Below, piece by piece: positions 12,661 to 26,155 of a stretch of DNA of 64,000 nt. The DNA comes from Octopus vulgaris (lineage: Eukaryota): the NCBI GenBank assembly GCA_951406725.2, contig OX597819.1, positions 122,884,001 to 122,948,000 on the forward strand. The letters are read 5' to 3'. The notes under the pieces are model-generated. The model searched no databases. It saw only the letters and a program-made list of their open reading frames with translations, and was not told the DNA's origin. Within the stretch, counting starts at the first letter, position 1, and each line of letters begins with the position of its first letter. The translations under genes were made by a program, and so were the position numbers.

Positions 12661-13191
12661 CAATATATATATATATTTATGTATGTGTGCATTTATGTAT
12701 GCATGTATGTATGTGTGTGCGTATGTGTGTGCAAGTGTGTACATATCTATAATATATGTATCACCATGACGCACTTGTTTTCATGCCGTATCACACATAC
12801 ATTGGTTTTAACACATCTCTAATATTTGGCGCAAACGTCATTTATACACTAAGACTGAGCCGAATATGTGGACATCACGTTAGACTCTCCAAATCTTCTG
12901 CTTGACACAGTTGGAGTTTCAGCCGACAAAGCTATATTGTGACTGATAGCAGTCTGAGCCATGATCTCCCCATAAAAAGTGAAACTATTCAAACCACAGA
13001 GGTGAGACAGATGCTGCATTCTTTCAAGTTTTCTCCGTCTCATACTATACAAGACAATCTCTAACTCCTAAAACCGGTAAAGTAAATAAATAAGTTTAAG
13101 AACTTCAAGTACATTTTCAACTTCACGTCATATATTTTTTGATATAATATATACACGTACATACGTATACATGTCTATATATGTGTGTGTG

Positions 13192-13233
<42 letters not shown>

Positions 13234-13434
13234 AGTATATTCATATGTACGTATGCTTATATATATGTATGCATATATATGTATGTAAATATATATATAT
13301 ATATATATACATACAAATTGATCACCATATACTTATATACATACATATATATACATACATATTTTTATCTATGTACATATAAGCATGCTTATATATATAT
13401 ATATATATATAATATATATATTATATATACATAG

Positions 13435-13483
<49 letters not shown>

Positions 13484-13514
13484 CATATATATATACATAC
13501 TATATATATACATC

Positions 13515-13564
<50 letters not shown>

Positions 13565-14044
13565 TAAGCATATGTATATATGTGTATAAGTATATGATGA
13601 TCAAATTCAGACTATAGTACGATCTATAGATACACCAAATTTTCATGTAACTCCGTAGAAAAACTAAATATGAAAGATTCAGTACATCATTATGTGAGAA
13701 TCCTTCCTGCTTCCAAACTACCTTTCTTCTTCTTCCGTAATCTACATCTGGTTCAGCTGCGTCACATTAAAATTTTAGTAAAGTAACTTACCGACCAATC
13801 TTAGCCTTAACAACTAAGACACATTCAATTCCGCCAGAAGTTTCACGTTAGGCTGACTTAATATTTGATGTTATTCTTCCTCAATCATTCTTCTACTTTC
13901 GTCCTTTGTACTCGTTTCTTATCTTTTATTCATTTATTTATTTATTTATTTATATATTTTCATTCTGTTTACTAACATTTACAAGTTCGCCATATTCTCA
14001 CTTATCTATTTATGATCTTTATATTACTTTTTAACTGACCGCAG

Positions 14045-14076
14045 CTGCTTCCATCTGTTCCCTACCTCGACATCCG
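14045..14076 (+). CDS. Candidate host micro-exon (32 bp), product unknown
   Basis: T-rich tract ...ctgaccgcag acceptor; CCG|GTAAGC donor. Confidence 0.3.
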
Positions 14077-14099
14077 GTAAGCATTTAACCTAACATAGC

Positions 14100-14441
<342 letters not shown>

Positions 14442-14489
14442 ATATCTCGCTCTCCGCATTCCTCTTATAATAGTACCAATAATAATGAA

Positions 14490-15205
14490 GGCAAGATCAA
14501 CATTTGGAGATGCTTAAGAAAAAGTGATCTGAAAGGGTGCACTGAGGCATTGATATGCAGCGTCCAGGAACAAGCTCTGAGAACTAATTATACCAAGTTC
14601 CAAATGGATAAGAGCAGCGAATCGCTTCTTTGTAGGATGCATGTGTGGCTGCAGAAACGAAACAATCTCACCTATTTTGAGCGAGTGTAGTAAGCTGGCC
14701 CAAAAGCACTACAAATGGAGGCACGATGATGTGGCTAAGTTCGTTCACTGGCGGCTATGTGAAAAGTATTGCCTGAACAGAGCACGGAAATAGTACGACC
14801 ATGAACCAGGAGTAACCGAGAAGAAGCAACATAAGATACTGTGGGATTTTATAATCCAATGTGACTCCCTAATCGAGGCTCGGGGACAAGATATTGTTGT
14901 GGGAGATGAAGAAAAAAGGGAACTAAGATCAAAGATATTGCAATACCTGGGGATGCACGTATAAGTGACAACGAACTAGAAAAGATTGAAAAGTACACAC
15001 TACTAAGAGACAAAATTGCAAGAATGTGGGCTAAGAGGAGAGTGTCTGTCATTCCAGTAGTTGTAGGGGCACCACTCGCAGCTCTAAGAACCAAGTTCGA
15101 AGAATATGTCAAAGAAATTGGAAATGATATGAGAACAAATCAAGCCCCAAAATGGCACCGTTGGGGACAGCAAGGATTTTCGGATTGGCACCTGGAAGTT
15201 GATTG
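14490..15205 (+). mobile_element. R4/Dong-like non-LTR relic (CCHC and restriction-like endonuclease region)
   Basis: TEALICSVQEQALRTN, CRM, CSKLAQKHYKWRHDDVAK, KILWDF, DIAIP, EKIEKY, IPVVVGA. Confidence 0.85.
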
Positions 15206-15339
15206 TCTCTCATGATAATTAACAACCATGTATCAAAGCTTATAATGTGCGGAAAGAAACTCCGTGAGACCCCTGACAGCACGCCGTTGTCTGCTCTCAC
15301 AGAATCTACCAGAACAAACAAGACCGAACGATGTGAGGA

Positions 15340-15650
15340 GTAAAGAAGTAACAATAATAAAGGATTGGGAGGGAAAAAACTCCTGCTTACTGACACACAT
15401 TGCAGTCCCTTCTAACCAAAATATTGTCAAAAAGGAAGTGTAAAGATAACCAAAGTACAAAGACCTCGAAATTGAAGTATTTAAGTTGTGGGGCATGAAC
15501 GTGAAAACAATACCAGTAATAACTGGAGGATTGGACATGATAAAAAAAAACATGAAAAGAGAAGCTACACTTGAATCCTCAACACTACACTGTGTTTAAA
15601 ACATAGTCCCGCTAATAATAGGCCACATCCTACGCAAGACACTCTCAATA
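15340..15650 (+). mobile_element. Second R4/Dong-like 3' fragment
   Basis: IAVPSNQNIVKKE..KYKDLEIEV.KLW. Confidence 0.7.
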
Positions 15651-15983
15651 CAATGTAACAACCTAAACAAAAACAATCCACAACCGCAAGACTATATACA
15701 GCAATTATCCAATGATATAAACTACCACCAGCAAGCCAAATAACCAATGCATTACACACGAAACGCACAATGCAAACAGTAATACAAGGAAAGACTGCAA
15801 TCACACCTCAAAGTGAAAAAAGGACTGATGCAATACAAAGGTCGGGAAAAGTTAGCACACAACAGAAGAGAACACATGACGCTGCACACATCCCAACAAC
15901 ACGGAGGTATAGCTACCAAATGTTGAACATTAATAATAATAATAAGAAGACGAAGAAGAAATGTAATAATAATAATGATGATG

Positions 15984-16037
<54 letters not shown>

Positions 16038-16054
16038 TAATGATGATGATGATG

Positions 16055-17450
16055 AATGGCATAGAATTGCCAAGCGGACAGACAATGGAAGACACGGATA
16101 AGGATGGTTACAAGTCCCTTGGAATCATGGAGGTGGACAATATCTTGCACAAAGAAATGAAAGATAAGGTCATCACTGCATATTTCAAGCGCCTCAAACT
16201 TCTCTTGAAATGAAAACTCAACTCAAGGAACCTTGTGACTGCCATCAACATATGAGCTGTTTCTGTAGTCCGCTATATTGCACCCATCCTGAAATGGACA
16301 CAAGCGGAGATTGACCAGCTCGATCGCACTACCCGAAAGACAATGACAATGCATGGTGCCCTCCACCCGAAAGCAAGTGTTCACAGGCTTTATATGAACA
16401 GAGGTAAAGGTGGGCGTGGGCTGATTAACGTACGGAGTGAATCAAAAGAGAAAGAAGAAACATAGCAGAATATTTGGTAAACAGCAAACTAGACTTGCTT
16501 CAGTATGCTGCTAGTCAGAAGGAGTTAACAAAAATGAACTTGCTAGTGCTCATGAATACCGATCAAGAGAGAAAAGAAACCCGAATTCCGAACGAGAGAG
16601 AAGAAACCCTACTTCGTATGGAATTACATGGTCAGTTCCATCTTGAAACCAACAAATTAAAAGACCAGGAAGCATCATGGAAGTGGCTCAACAAGGTTGA
16701 CCTAAAAAAGAATACAGAATGCCTAATCATCGCCGCCCACGACGAGGCATTGGATACCAACTCTGAAAAATAATATATGCCACACAAGTGTAACGGACCT
16801 CTGCAGAAAGTGTGGGAAGAGGGTCGAAAGTATGACTCACATTGTTAGTGCTTGTGAAAATCTTGCGCAGAAAGTGTACATGTGTAGACACGACAATGTA
16901 GCCCAAAACCTCCACTGGTTACTATGCAGTAACTATAGATATGATGTTATGGGTGGTTAGCACCAGCATACACCAGAAAAGGTAATGGACGAAAAGAGTA
17001 AGGTAAAAATCCTATGGGACTTTGTCTTCCAGACAGACAAGGTGTTTAGTCTACCGAAGGCCGGATATAGTAACCTTTAGGAGGGACAAGCAAGAGTGCT
17101 AGGTAATCAACATATTATCAAAAAAAAAAAAAGAGAGAAAAGGTTGATAAATATGGAGACTTGAAAACTGAGATTGCTAAGATGCGGTAGCTACGAGAGT
17201 CAAACATAATGGTTGTACCAATTGTCATCGGAGCATTAGGTTCAATACCACGCAATGTGAAAAATCACCTGGAAACTTTAGAATCCACAATCTATGTGAA
17301 TTGCAAAAATCGGCATTACTTGGAACTGCACGCATATTGCGTAAAGTACTATCTGAGGTTCTTGCTGTGACTTGACAAACAATACAAGCCCACGGTAGCC
17401 ACAGTATCTTCAATCAACAACCTCAGGATGTTGTATAGTCTGTGACGTCT
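16055..17450 (+). mobile_element. Third R4/Dong-like relic (RT C-terminus to RLE), bounded by (TAA)n
   Basis: YKSLGI, KLNSRNLVTAINI, RGKGGRGL, LHGQF, RHDNVA, KILWDF; stops and frameshifts. Confidence 0.85.
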
Positions 17451-17516
17451 ATTATAATAATAATGATGATGATGATGATAATAATAATAATAATAATAAC
17501 GATAATAATAATAATA

Positions 17517-17560
<44 letters not shown>

Positions 17561-19689
17561 TTATGATTATAATCTTAAATTTTATTATAATTATTACGTT
17601 TAGTAATGATTTGCTCTTAAAATTGTATCGAGAGAATAGTTACTCGTTCCGCCTATACTACGCACACATGACAACATGAATCCCTCATAGTAAATTCGTA
17701 AATCAACTTTAATCTATTGCTTTAGGTTGTTTAAAAAGGTGGTGTGCCCTGGTGGCCAGTTATTATAAGGGAGATAATTATTTCAAGAAAACTCGAAAAC
17801 CAAGGAGGAAGGCGCATAGAGTATAAGCATATAATCTTTTTTTTTTTTTGGAGCAGTGGGTCTCGAAGCGAATAAAGCTGTAAAACTACGTAAATAGTAA
17901 ATTGAAAAAAGTCCCTTGGGATTGAAAAGTCGAAGGCTATAATTTATGGATTTCTGTGTTTCGAGATCCATCGTTCCAAAATAAGGAATTATGTCACTTT
18001 CTCTTAAAAGTTTATCACATTTTTATGGCATAAACAGCATACAACTTTTGCTGGTAAGAATAAAAATCCTAAAATGGAAAGAAAAATTCGAAGTGCTTTT
18101 TCATCCAATGGTAGAACATCTGTCATGTGTACAAGAGATTTAGACTCGAGTCCCACAAGCATCCTTCAAAATTTTCTGCTCAAAAAGGGTTTTTTCAACC
18201 CCATGCTATCATTTATAGCTCTATGTGCCTCGAGATCCTCTCTTCCAAAAAATTATTATTTCACCTTTTTCTGAAAGTCCATAAAATTCTCAAGACATTA
18301 GCAACACACATTTAATTTGTTTCTAACACATTATAAAGATCTGGAAATTTCTAGTCGAAGGTAATCATGCATAGCGCCATGTTATTCTTGCTACGTTATT
18401 TACTATCGTTTTAATCACATTTGCTTTACCACTTTACATCCTGTTATTTACAGCACATTATATACATGCCTTTTTGTTCTGAGTACAAACTTAAGATATG
18501 GTATTTTTATTTAATATATCGCTAAATTTTAATGTTCTACACCAAACATATGATTAAATTTTGATGTGATCATATTTCTTCAGAGTAAGCAGTAATTTAT
18601 AATTTACGGTAAATCATATTTCCCTGACTCCTATGAGGTGTCTCTTTGCTAAATCTGGCGTAGTTCGTACCTAAAGAAGATAGTATAAAGCTTCATATGA
18701 TAAAATTATCTTCTTAAAAAATGAAGTAATTACATTCATTTTCTCAAAATTACTGTATAGTGTGCAAAATATAATGCTACAATCTCCTGACACAACAGTT
18801 CGATATGTATTTATTTATTAATATTTTATTATCACAACAGTTGTACCACTACAGATGCGAAACTTACGCTTGTGATAAATTGCTTGCAACGATAATAATG
18901 TTTTCGCAATCATTTATTTAATTACAGTAGTTTCTCCGTCTTTATCCAAAATAATAATCATAATTTGACAAATGGAAAAGTTTTTAATGGTGTGAACCAT
19001 ATCACCCAACAATGTACTCTTAATCAGTTCATATTTGTTATATATTTGAGCTCTGCTTAAGGAATTGCAATAAAAGTGATATCAAGATGAATTTAAATTC
19101 AAACTATCAACATCCTTTTAGGTAATTTTGATCATGTAAAACCACCAATCCATTCTTGAGATACAAAAAGCAGCAGCTAAATATTCTTTAAATTACATTT
19201 TGTTTTCTTCAAAACTTAACAAGAGTTAATATAATGGGTTATTGAAACTTCTATTAACAAGAGTTAATATAATGGGTATTGAAACACGGATACCTCCTAT
19301 CACGGAGACCTCTGTTCGATCAGGGCTGACAATGAACTCAAAGCAGAGCACAATATACAAACAGATACCTATAAATACTATAAATATTGGAATACGTATG
19401 CAAAATAAATGGAGTGCCTGAAAACGTAGTATAATCTTATTCAAATTACATCTTACTGTCTCAAAAAATGAAGGACATAAAAATGCATGATGCAGAGTAG
19501 GAGATATTTTAGCTCTTCCAAAACACGCAAAATCTCTTAACCTCACTTGAACATTTATTTTTTACGAGCCGTTAAAATTTTTGTCGCTCCAAAATGCGAC
19601 ATGATTAAAGACAAGATTGCACTGCATCTTGTCAGTTGCCAGGTCGCACTTTGCGCAACGGAAATTTTGAGACTTTATAACAAATAATG

Positions 19690-20071
19690 GGAAGCTCCCC
19701 GTCGGTTACGACGACGAGGGTTCCGATTGATCTGATCGACGGAACAGCCTGCTCGTGAAATTAACGTGTAAGTGGCTGAGCACTCCACAGACACGTGTAC
19801 CCTTAACGTAGTTCTCGGGGATATTCAGCGTGACACAGAGAGTGACAAGGCCGGCCCTTTGAAATACAGGTACAACAGAAATAGGAAGTAATAGTGAGAG
19901 AAAGTTGTGGTGAAAGAGTACAGCAGGGATCACCACCATCCCCTGCCGGAGCCTCGTGGAGCTTTTAGGTGTTTTCGCTCAATAAACACTCACAACGCCC
20001 GGTCTGGGAATCGAAACCGCGATCCTACGACCGCGAGTCCGCTGCCTTAACCCCTGGGCCATTGCGCCTCC
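19690..20071 (-). mobile_element. tRNA-derived SINE, family C
   Basis: Head TGGAGGCGCAATGGCCCAG..GGTTTCGATTCCC; copies at 57365-57741 (-) and 25060-25250 (+, partial). Confidence 0.9.
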
Positions 20072-20149
20072 ACAACAAATAATAAATGTTGAAGTAAAGT
20101 CAAATGCCATTTTGTGTTTTTGAGTGGCTAATATGTGTCTTCTACACAG

Positions 20150-20197
20150 CAATTGTTTTGGTTTCAACGCACGATCTCGGATCAAATCCCTTCCCAG
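20150..20197 (+). CDS. Candidate host exon (48 bp) with GC donor
   Basis: Branch-like GGCTAAT, ttctacacag acceptor, CAG|GCAAGT donor; phase-compatible with 22071-22158. Confidence 0.35.
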
Positions 20198-20459
20198 GCA
20201 AGTACACCTCAGAAAAAGAAATATATAGTGTCGCACTTAAAAGATGAAATGATCCAGACTGGGCAGACTTTGATCGTAGTCAATCAAGAGAGATCTGGGA
20301 GAAACAACAAGAACATTACCAACATTACTGCTAACACCAATCACCCGACCACCGCCACCATTGCCAGCACCATCACCAATGGAGCAATAGTTCTTAGATT
20401 TCGGTTTCTGAAATTTGAAAGCCATCGTCTCAGAACAAAATGGATAAGAAGGGGAACAT

Positions 20460-21200
20460 TGCGTAAGCAATGTAGAATATATAATCCAACAAGTTCACAT
20501 AATTCAGCGAAATCCTTACCACCCATGCTCGCATCAGAGAACTGACTGTTGTGACTCCTTTGTAGGGAAGTAGTGTTGATGTAGAAGATCGATTTCATAG
20601 TTTATAATTTGATATTGATATTATTGGGTTTTGCTAACGGCGAATTTGAGTGTAATTTGGTGAACAATGAATAACAGTTCTGAATATAAATTCGGGAAAA
20701 GAATCATTGATATTTGTTGAATAAGTGAGTTGGCGTTGTTTCTCAAAGACTAGGGAATAAGATAACCTGAATTTCGGGAGAATAGAATCTATAACAGTTA
20801 ACAATGGATGTCAGTTTCTTAAGGTTTCATAAGCAGGCTAGAAGGATGCTTGGTAAATTGAAGCTATAATTATTAAAACTAAATTATTATTTCGGGATAG
20901 ATCGAAAGAAACGGTTTGGAGAATAGAAGCAATATGTTTCGCCGAAGTGTTGCTACCATTTATCATGGCATATTAATCTTCATATTTGGATATGAGAACG
21001 TCCGAGTTTAGTAGAACTCGGTATTACGAGCGCAAGTCCATCTACCATAGGTTCTTAAATTATTAGAATTCACAAAAGTTTTTTTCTCTTCTTGACTTAT
21101 TTGTAGAGTTAATTTACATGGGATTGATGAAATAACGGAATCGAAAGTTGTCGACCATCCGAAATTGGTTATGTGTGAAAAATTGTGACAGAAAAGTGTG
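20460..21200 (-). mobile_element. Degraded Penelope-like RT fragment
   Basis: DASMGGKDFAELCELVGLYIL matches DVSVASYDSADICDLVGLY of the 27.8-30.3 kb element; boundaries approximate. Confidence 0.65.
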
Positions 21201-21225
21201 TGGAAAGCATTTAATTGACTTCAGT

Positions 21226-21281
<56 letters not shown>

Positions 21282-21816
21282 TCATAGAAGTATGCGTTCA
21301 CACTTTGCATTCTTCTAGTTTTTTCATTTTTTTTCTTTTTTGTATGTGCTTATTCCCTACAGCTCAGAGTCAGTCGTCCTCACCAACGTCTATCATTATA
21401 ATTCCAATACTAAAATTAACTTCTCCATCATTTTAAACCGAACCATCTATAAAAAGACCTACGGATATAAGCCATACAACCTGAATGTAATTCAGAATCT
21501 GATGAAACCAACCGCAAACGAAACTTTGAAATATATATACATACATGTACACTAAAAAACTTATGTACATAGACATAGACACACACACACACACATACTC
21601 ACACCCGTGTTTGTACGTATATACCTATATAATCTATATAAAAATATATTTGTTTGGATATATAAGTATATATGTGTACACATACACACACACACTTATA
21701 TATATATATGAACTTGTTACAATTCAAATATATTGCAACCCTATTCAAATCCGCAAAATGATCATTCACCCTGGACTAGTCGCGAACTCAGATCAGAACC
21801 ATTTCTCTTTTCAGTG

Positions 21817-21866
21817 TTTGTTGCCGAAGAGAAGATAACTACTTCGAAATGCATGCATCCATTAAA
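21817..21866 (+). ncRNA. Hammerhead-like motif, U4C core
   Basis: TTTGTTG-CCGAAGA-GAAG-ATAACTA-CTTC-GAA-ATGCATGCAT-C-CATTAAA; 10-nt palindromic stem III. Confidence 0.6.
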
Positions 21867-22070
21867 ATAGAAGTTGCCTCGAAATCAACTGGTTTCGTTT
21901 ACATCCTTTTGTCTACAGTGAGAATATTTCTCCACAAGTGAAAGGCCTTCTTATGAGTTTGAATATGATATATATATATATACATAATACGTGTATGGAT
22001 CAAAACAGTTTGATTCAAATTCGTTGGTACTCTTGATTTTCAAGCACCTTTTTTCTTCTTTATTTCTCAG

Positions 22071-22158
22071 CTAGTACGGTAGTGGTTGTCTCTCCTTTGC
22101 AAACTGTTGGTCAGACCTTCGGGAATGGCGCTCAACAGAGACTGGAGCAATCGTACGA
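22071..22158 (+). CDS. Candidate host exon (88 bp)
   Basis: Strong polypyrimidine tract plus CAG acceptor, GA|GTGAGT donor; only one frame open (STVVVSPLQTVGQTFGNGAQQRLEQSY). Confidence 0.4.
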
Positions 22159-22794
22159 GTGAGTAGACAAACGAAAGAAGGGTACTAATTTATTGGGAAT
22201 CGCAAGCATGGATGGAATCAGCTTGATTCAAATTCGTTGGTACTCTGGAGGTTATAGAAATCATTGCATATATAAATAGAAGCGTTTCTAATCTGTATCA
22301 CACGTTCTTCTCTCTTTCTCTCTCTCTCTCTCTCACACATTAATCTATATTTATGTGCTTCTGTAACTTGATATGCTACTCAGTTGACGATATCCAATGA
22401 TATGCTACTCAGTTGACGATATCCACAATGATACTCGGAAATCACGTGTCTCGAACGATTTATAAAATGTCATGCCATGATAAAAATAACAACAGTGAAA
22501 TGAAATCCTGGGTGGCCTCAGGGGTGGCCTAACACGTTGATTCTCCTCTGCTACTTGCTGTCTGCGCATAACGATATCAGCGAACATTAAATGTAGACGA
22601 GGGAAATAAATGATTGTCAATGAAATTGTTAAAGATAAGAAATTTGAGCTGATAATTGAAGTTGTTAAGTAAAATTAATTAAATAAAATTAATTGAAATA
22701 ATTCCGCTAAACAAATTTCAAATGCAACAGGGAAATAATTAAAAGCAAAGATAGTCTTGAATATTGATTTCAAATTTCGGAGCAAAGTCAGAAA

Positions 22795-23392
22795 TATTCT
22801 TTTCTACTCTAAGCACAAGGTTCGAAATTTTTTGGGAAGGGGCCAGTTGATTAGATCGACTCCTGTACACAAGTGGTACTTAATTTATCGACCCTGAAAG
22901 GATGAAAGGCAAAATCGGCCACGGCAGAATTTAAACTCAGAACACAAAGACAGACGAAATACCTATTTCTATTTCTTTAATACCTACAAGGGGCTAAACA
23001 CAGAGAGGACAAACAAGGACAGACAACCGAATTAAGTCGATTATATCGACTCCAATGCGCAACTGGTACTTAATCTATCGACCCCGATAGGATGAAAGGC
23101 AAAGGCGACCTCGGTGGAATTTGAACTCAGAACGTAGCGGCAGACGAAATACCTATTTCTATTTCTTTACTACACACAGGGGGTTAAACACAGATAGGAC
23201 AAACAAGGACAGACAAACGGATTAAGTCGATTACATTGACTCCAGTGAGTAACTGGTACTTAATCTATCGACCCCGATAGGATGAAAAGCAAAGTCGACT
23301 TCGGTGGAATTTGAACTCAGAACGTAGCAGCCGACGAAATACGGCTACGCATTTCGCCCGGCATGCTAACGTTTCTGCCAGCTCACCGCCTT
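22795..23392 (-). mobile_element. Head-to-tail trimer of SINE family B
   Basis: One head, three bodies, each later body restarting at GTATTTCGTCTG. Confidence 0.85.
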
Positions 23393-24028
23393 AGGATCCT
23401 TTAAACATTATCAACAAAAATAATATTCTACCTGTTTAATCCTTCATATTTTGAACGGTGGCCATGCTGGGGAAACGCCTTCAAGACCTTATTCAATCAT
23501 ATAGACACAAGTCCTTTTTTCAAATGTGTCTCGTATTTTATTCTATGGACACAAACAAATATAAACAAAGCTACAGGCACAAAAACACCCGCAATACAGC
23601 AGAATCCTTACAATCATCAACGCGCTCGGTGTTGGATATTTTTAAAAAGAAGATCGATTTCCTAGAACGTAATTTAATATCGATATCACTGCGTTTGACA
23701 ACATTTATAGTTTAGCGATTCTGAGTGCGTCTACAGATATTGATTAGGTGATCGAAGAGTATTAGTTCTGGATATAAAATTAGGAGTAATATCATTGATT
23801 CTTATTGAATAACTGAGTCAGTGCTTTTCCACAGAGGCTGAAAAAACTAGTCTGATTTTTGGAATGCACATGTACGCATACGTGCACAATACACACACAC
23901 ATATGCACACACAGACACACATACACACACACACACACACAGAGAAACACATATTCACATACGCACATACTACACACATAGAAACACAGGAATGAACATG
24001 CACACACGCACATATAAATGCGGCAGGT

Positions 24029-24421
24029 TTTCGTACAGTTTACATCTTTCACTCATAAGTTATGGGTTGACCCGAATTTCTTATAGAAGACGGCTGCCCT
24101 CAGTACTACGCAGTGGAATCGGATTCTGAAACACTTGACTGAAAACCAAACTTCTTAACCACCTGCTCTACCTGAAAGTGAAATTCTTTAAGGTAAAGAA
24201 TTAAAATGGACATCACTTAAATTTTTCCGTGATGTATGGAGGGAAGGGTTTTAATTAAAATGATTGAGGCAGCATTTTCAAAGCTTCTGCTCCGTCCTTA
24301 GCTTAACGTTGCAAAATCCTTGGTTGAGGATTCAGGATTTCGAGGTTCAGCAAGTTTGTTGTCGCAACATACTCAGGGAAAGAATGTTCTTGAAGTATCG
24401 TAATTTGAATTTTCTTGTATA
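24029..24421 (+). repeat. ~393-bp direct duplication, copy 1
   Basis: Near-identical to 26156-26549. Confidence 0.95.
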
Positions 24422-24611
24422 CAAAGAAAGAGAAAATTCTTCTTTGCTCCCATGAAATATACTGTATCACAGGGAAAACGGACTGAGATCCTAGTTGCAC
24501 ACAAGTTGCACTCTGTGACAATGTTGTCGTGTCCATGTGTTTTTTATAAAAATATTTCTTTCTTTTAATTGTTGGGTTGTCTTTTCCATTTTCTTATAGA
24601 CACTAAATATA

Positions 24612-24842
24612 TATTTCTTTATTGCCCACAAAGGGCTAAACATAGAGGGGACAAACAAGGACAGACAAACGGATTAAGTCGATTATATCAACCCCAGTGC
24701 GTAACTGGTACTTAATTTATGGACCCCGAAAGGATGAAAGGCAAAGTCGACCTCGGCGGAATTTGAACTCACAACGTAACGACAGACGAAATACCGCTAC
24801 GCATTTCGCCCGGCGTGCTAACGTTTCTGCCAGCTCGCCGCC
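24612..24842 (-). mobile_element. SINE family B copy
   Basis: Reverse complement of 469-698. Confidence 0.9.
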
Positions 24843-25366
24843 TAAATATAGTTTGGGGTGAACTGGAACCGATTTTGTTCTTACAATTGAACGAATGTAT
24901 ATGTCCTGTAAAACTGATTTTGGATGAATCGTCAGAAAGCTCAATATATGTCTTTCTCGTGACATCAATAGCTTCTACATAAGCTCTATACACCCGCTTT
25001 TTAAATTATATTGTTTTTATTATTAGGGAAGCAATTGGCAATGTTTCTGCAGTCATAAGTGGAGGCGCAACGGCCCAGTGGTTAGGACGGCAGACTCACA
25101 GTCGTAGAATCGCGGTTTCGATTTCGAGACAGGGCGTTGTGAGTGATTATTGAATAAAAACACCTAAATCTCCACGAGACTCCGGCAGTGGGTTGTGGCG
25201 AACCCTGCTGTATTCTTTCACCACAACTTTCTCTCACTCTTTCTTCTTGTTTATTTATAGTTAATACACGTATTTTTATATATATTTATTTGATAATTAG
25301 TATAAGTTAAGATAAGTACATTTATTCTATTATTATTATTATTTTTTATCATTTAGACCTGATCTT

Positions 25367-25487
25367 AGACCTGATGAGTGAATATATTTTTAAATAGAAT
25401 AAATTTTTAGTTCGATTTAATTTTGAATCGAATTGATTTTATTATTATTATTAATTTGAAAACATAGCCATGAAACGTGCGTAGTCT
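25367..25487 (+). ncRNA. Hammerhead-like motif with long stem II
   Basis: AGAC-CTGATGA-GTG...(~90 nt incl. TTCGATT/AATCGAA hairpin)...CAT-GAAAC-GTGC-GTA-GTCT. Confidence 0.6.
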
Positions 25488-25609
25488 TTTTACTACTGTT
25501 TACTATTTCTTGTACTTTATTTAAAATAAGGTTTTTGTAGAATATGTTTTCTATATGGTGTGAATAACATCTTTCTTTATTGACTTGTTTTGATAGTGTT
25601 TTTTCTCTA

Positions 25610-25651
<42 letters not shown>

Positions 25652-25667
25652 ATATATATATATATTG

Positions 25668-25702
<35 letters not shown>

Positions 25703-26155
25703 AATTCAAATAAACAGACAATTCAAGCAATCAACTAAAAACAGAGAAGCTGAGGGCGTTCAAAAGAAATGTATTAGCTTAACTCTTCGTGAAAGGAGAG
25801 AGTTTGAAGTTTCGAGCATAGCTCTTTGTCGGAAAGGAGAAAAGGAAATGTTAAAAAAAAAGATAATAAATAAAAGAAAAGGAATCGCCGACGATACGTG
25901 TGTAGTTACATTGTTGAAGTGACCGATCTATGTACATATGTGTGTGCGAGTGTGGATATATAGATGTGTATATTTAATATGCATTTGCAATGAACAGGGA
26001 TTACAGTGAATGTATTTAGATATATATTTATGTATTACTGCGTACGTATCGTGCATACGCTAAGAAAAAGAAAAGAATTCGCTATAGCGTGAATGGTTAT
26101 CACACACACAAACACGGGAAAACGTTATTTATTACATTAAAAGGATTTAATTTAA

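Noticed and set aside
19990-20071. tRNA genes
   Set aside because: tRNA-like heads run directly into SINE bodies, occur in diverged copies and lack a proper acceptor stem.
20135-20545. 136-aa ORF as a single-exon gene
   Set aside because: Runs through low-complexity sequence into an antisense Penelope fragment; only the first 48-bp segment has exon signals.
21488-21530. CTGATGA...GAAAC motif
   Set aside because: No pairing for stem II or stem III.
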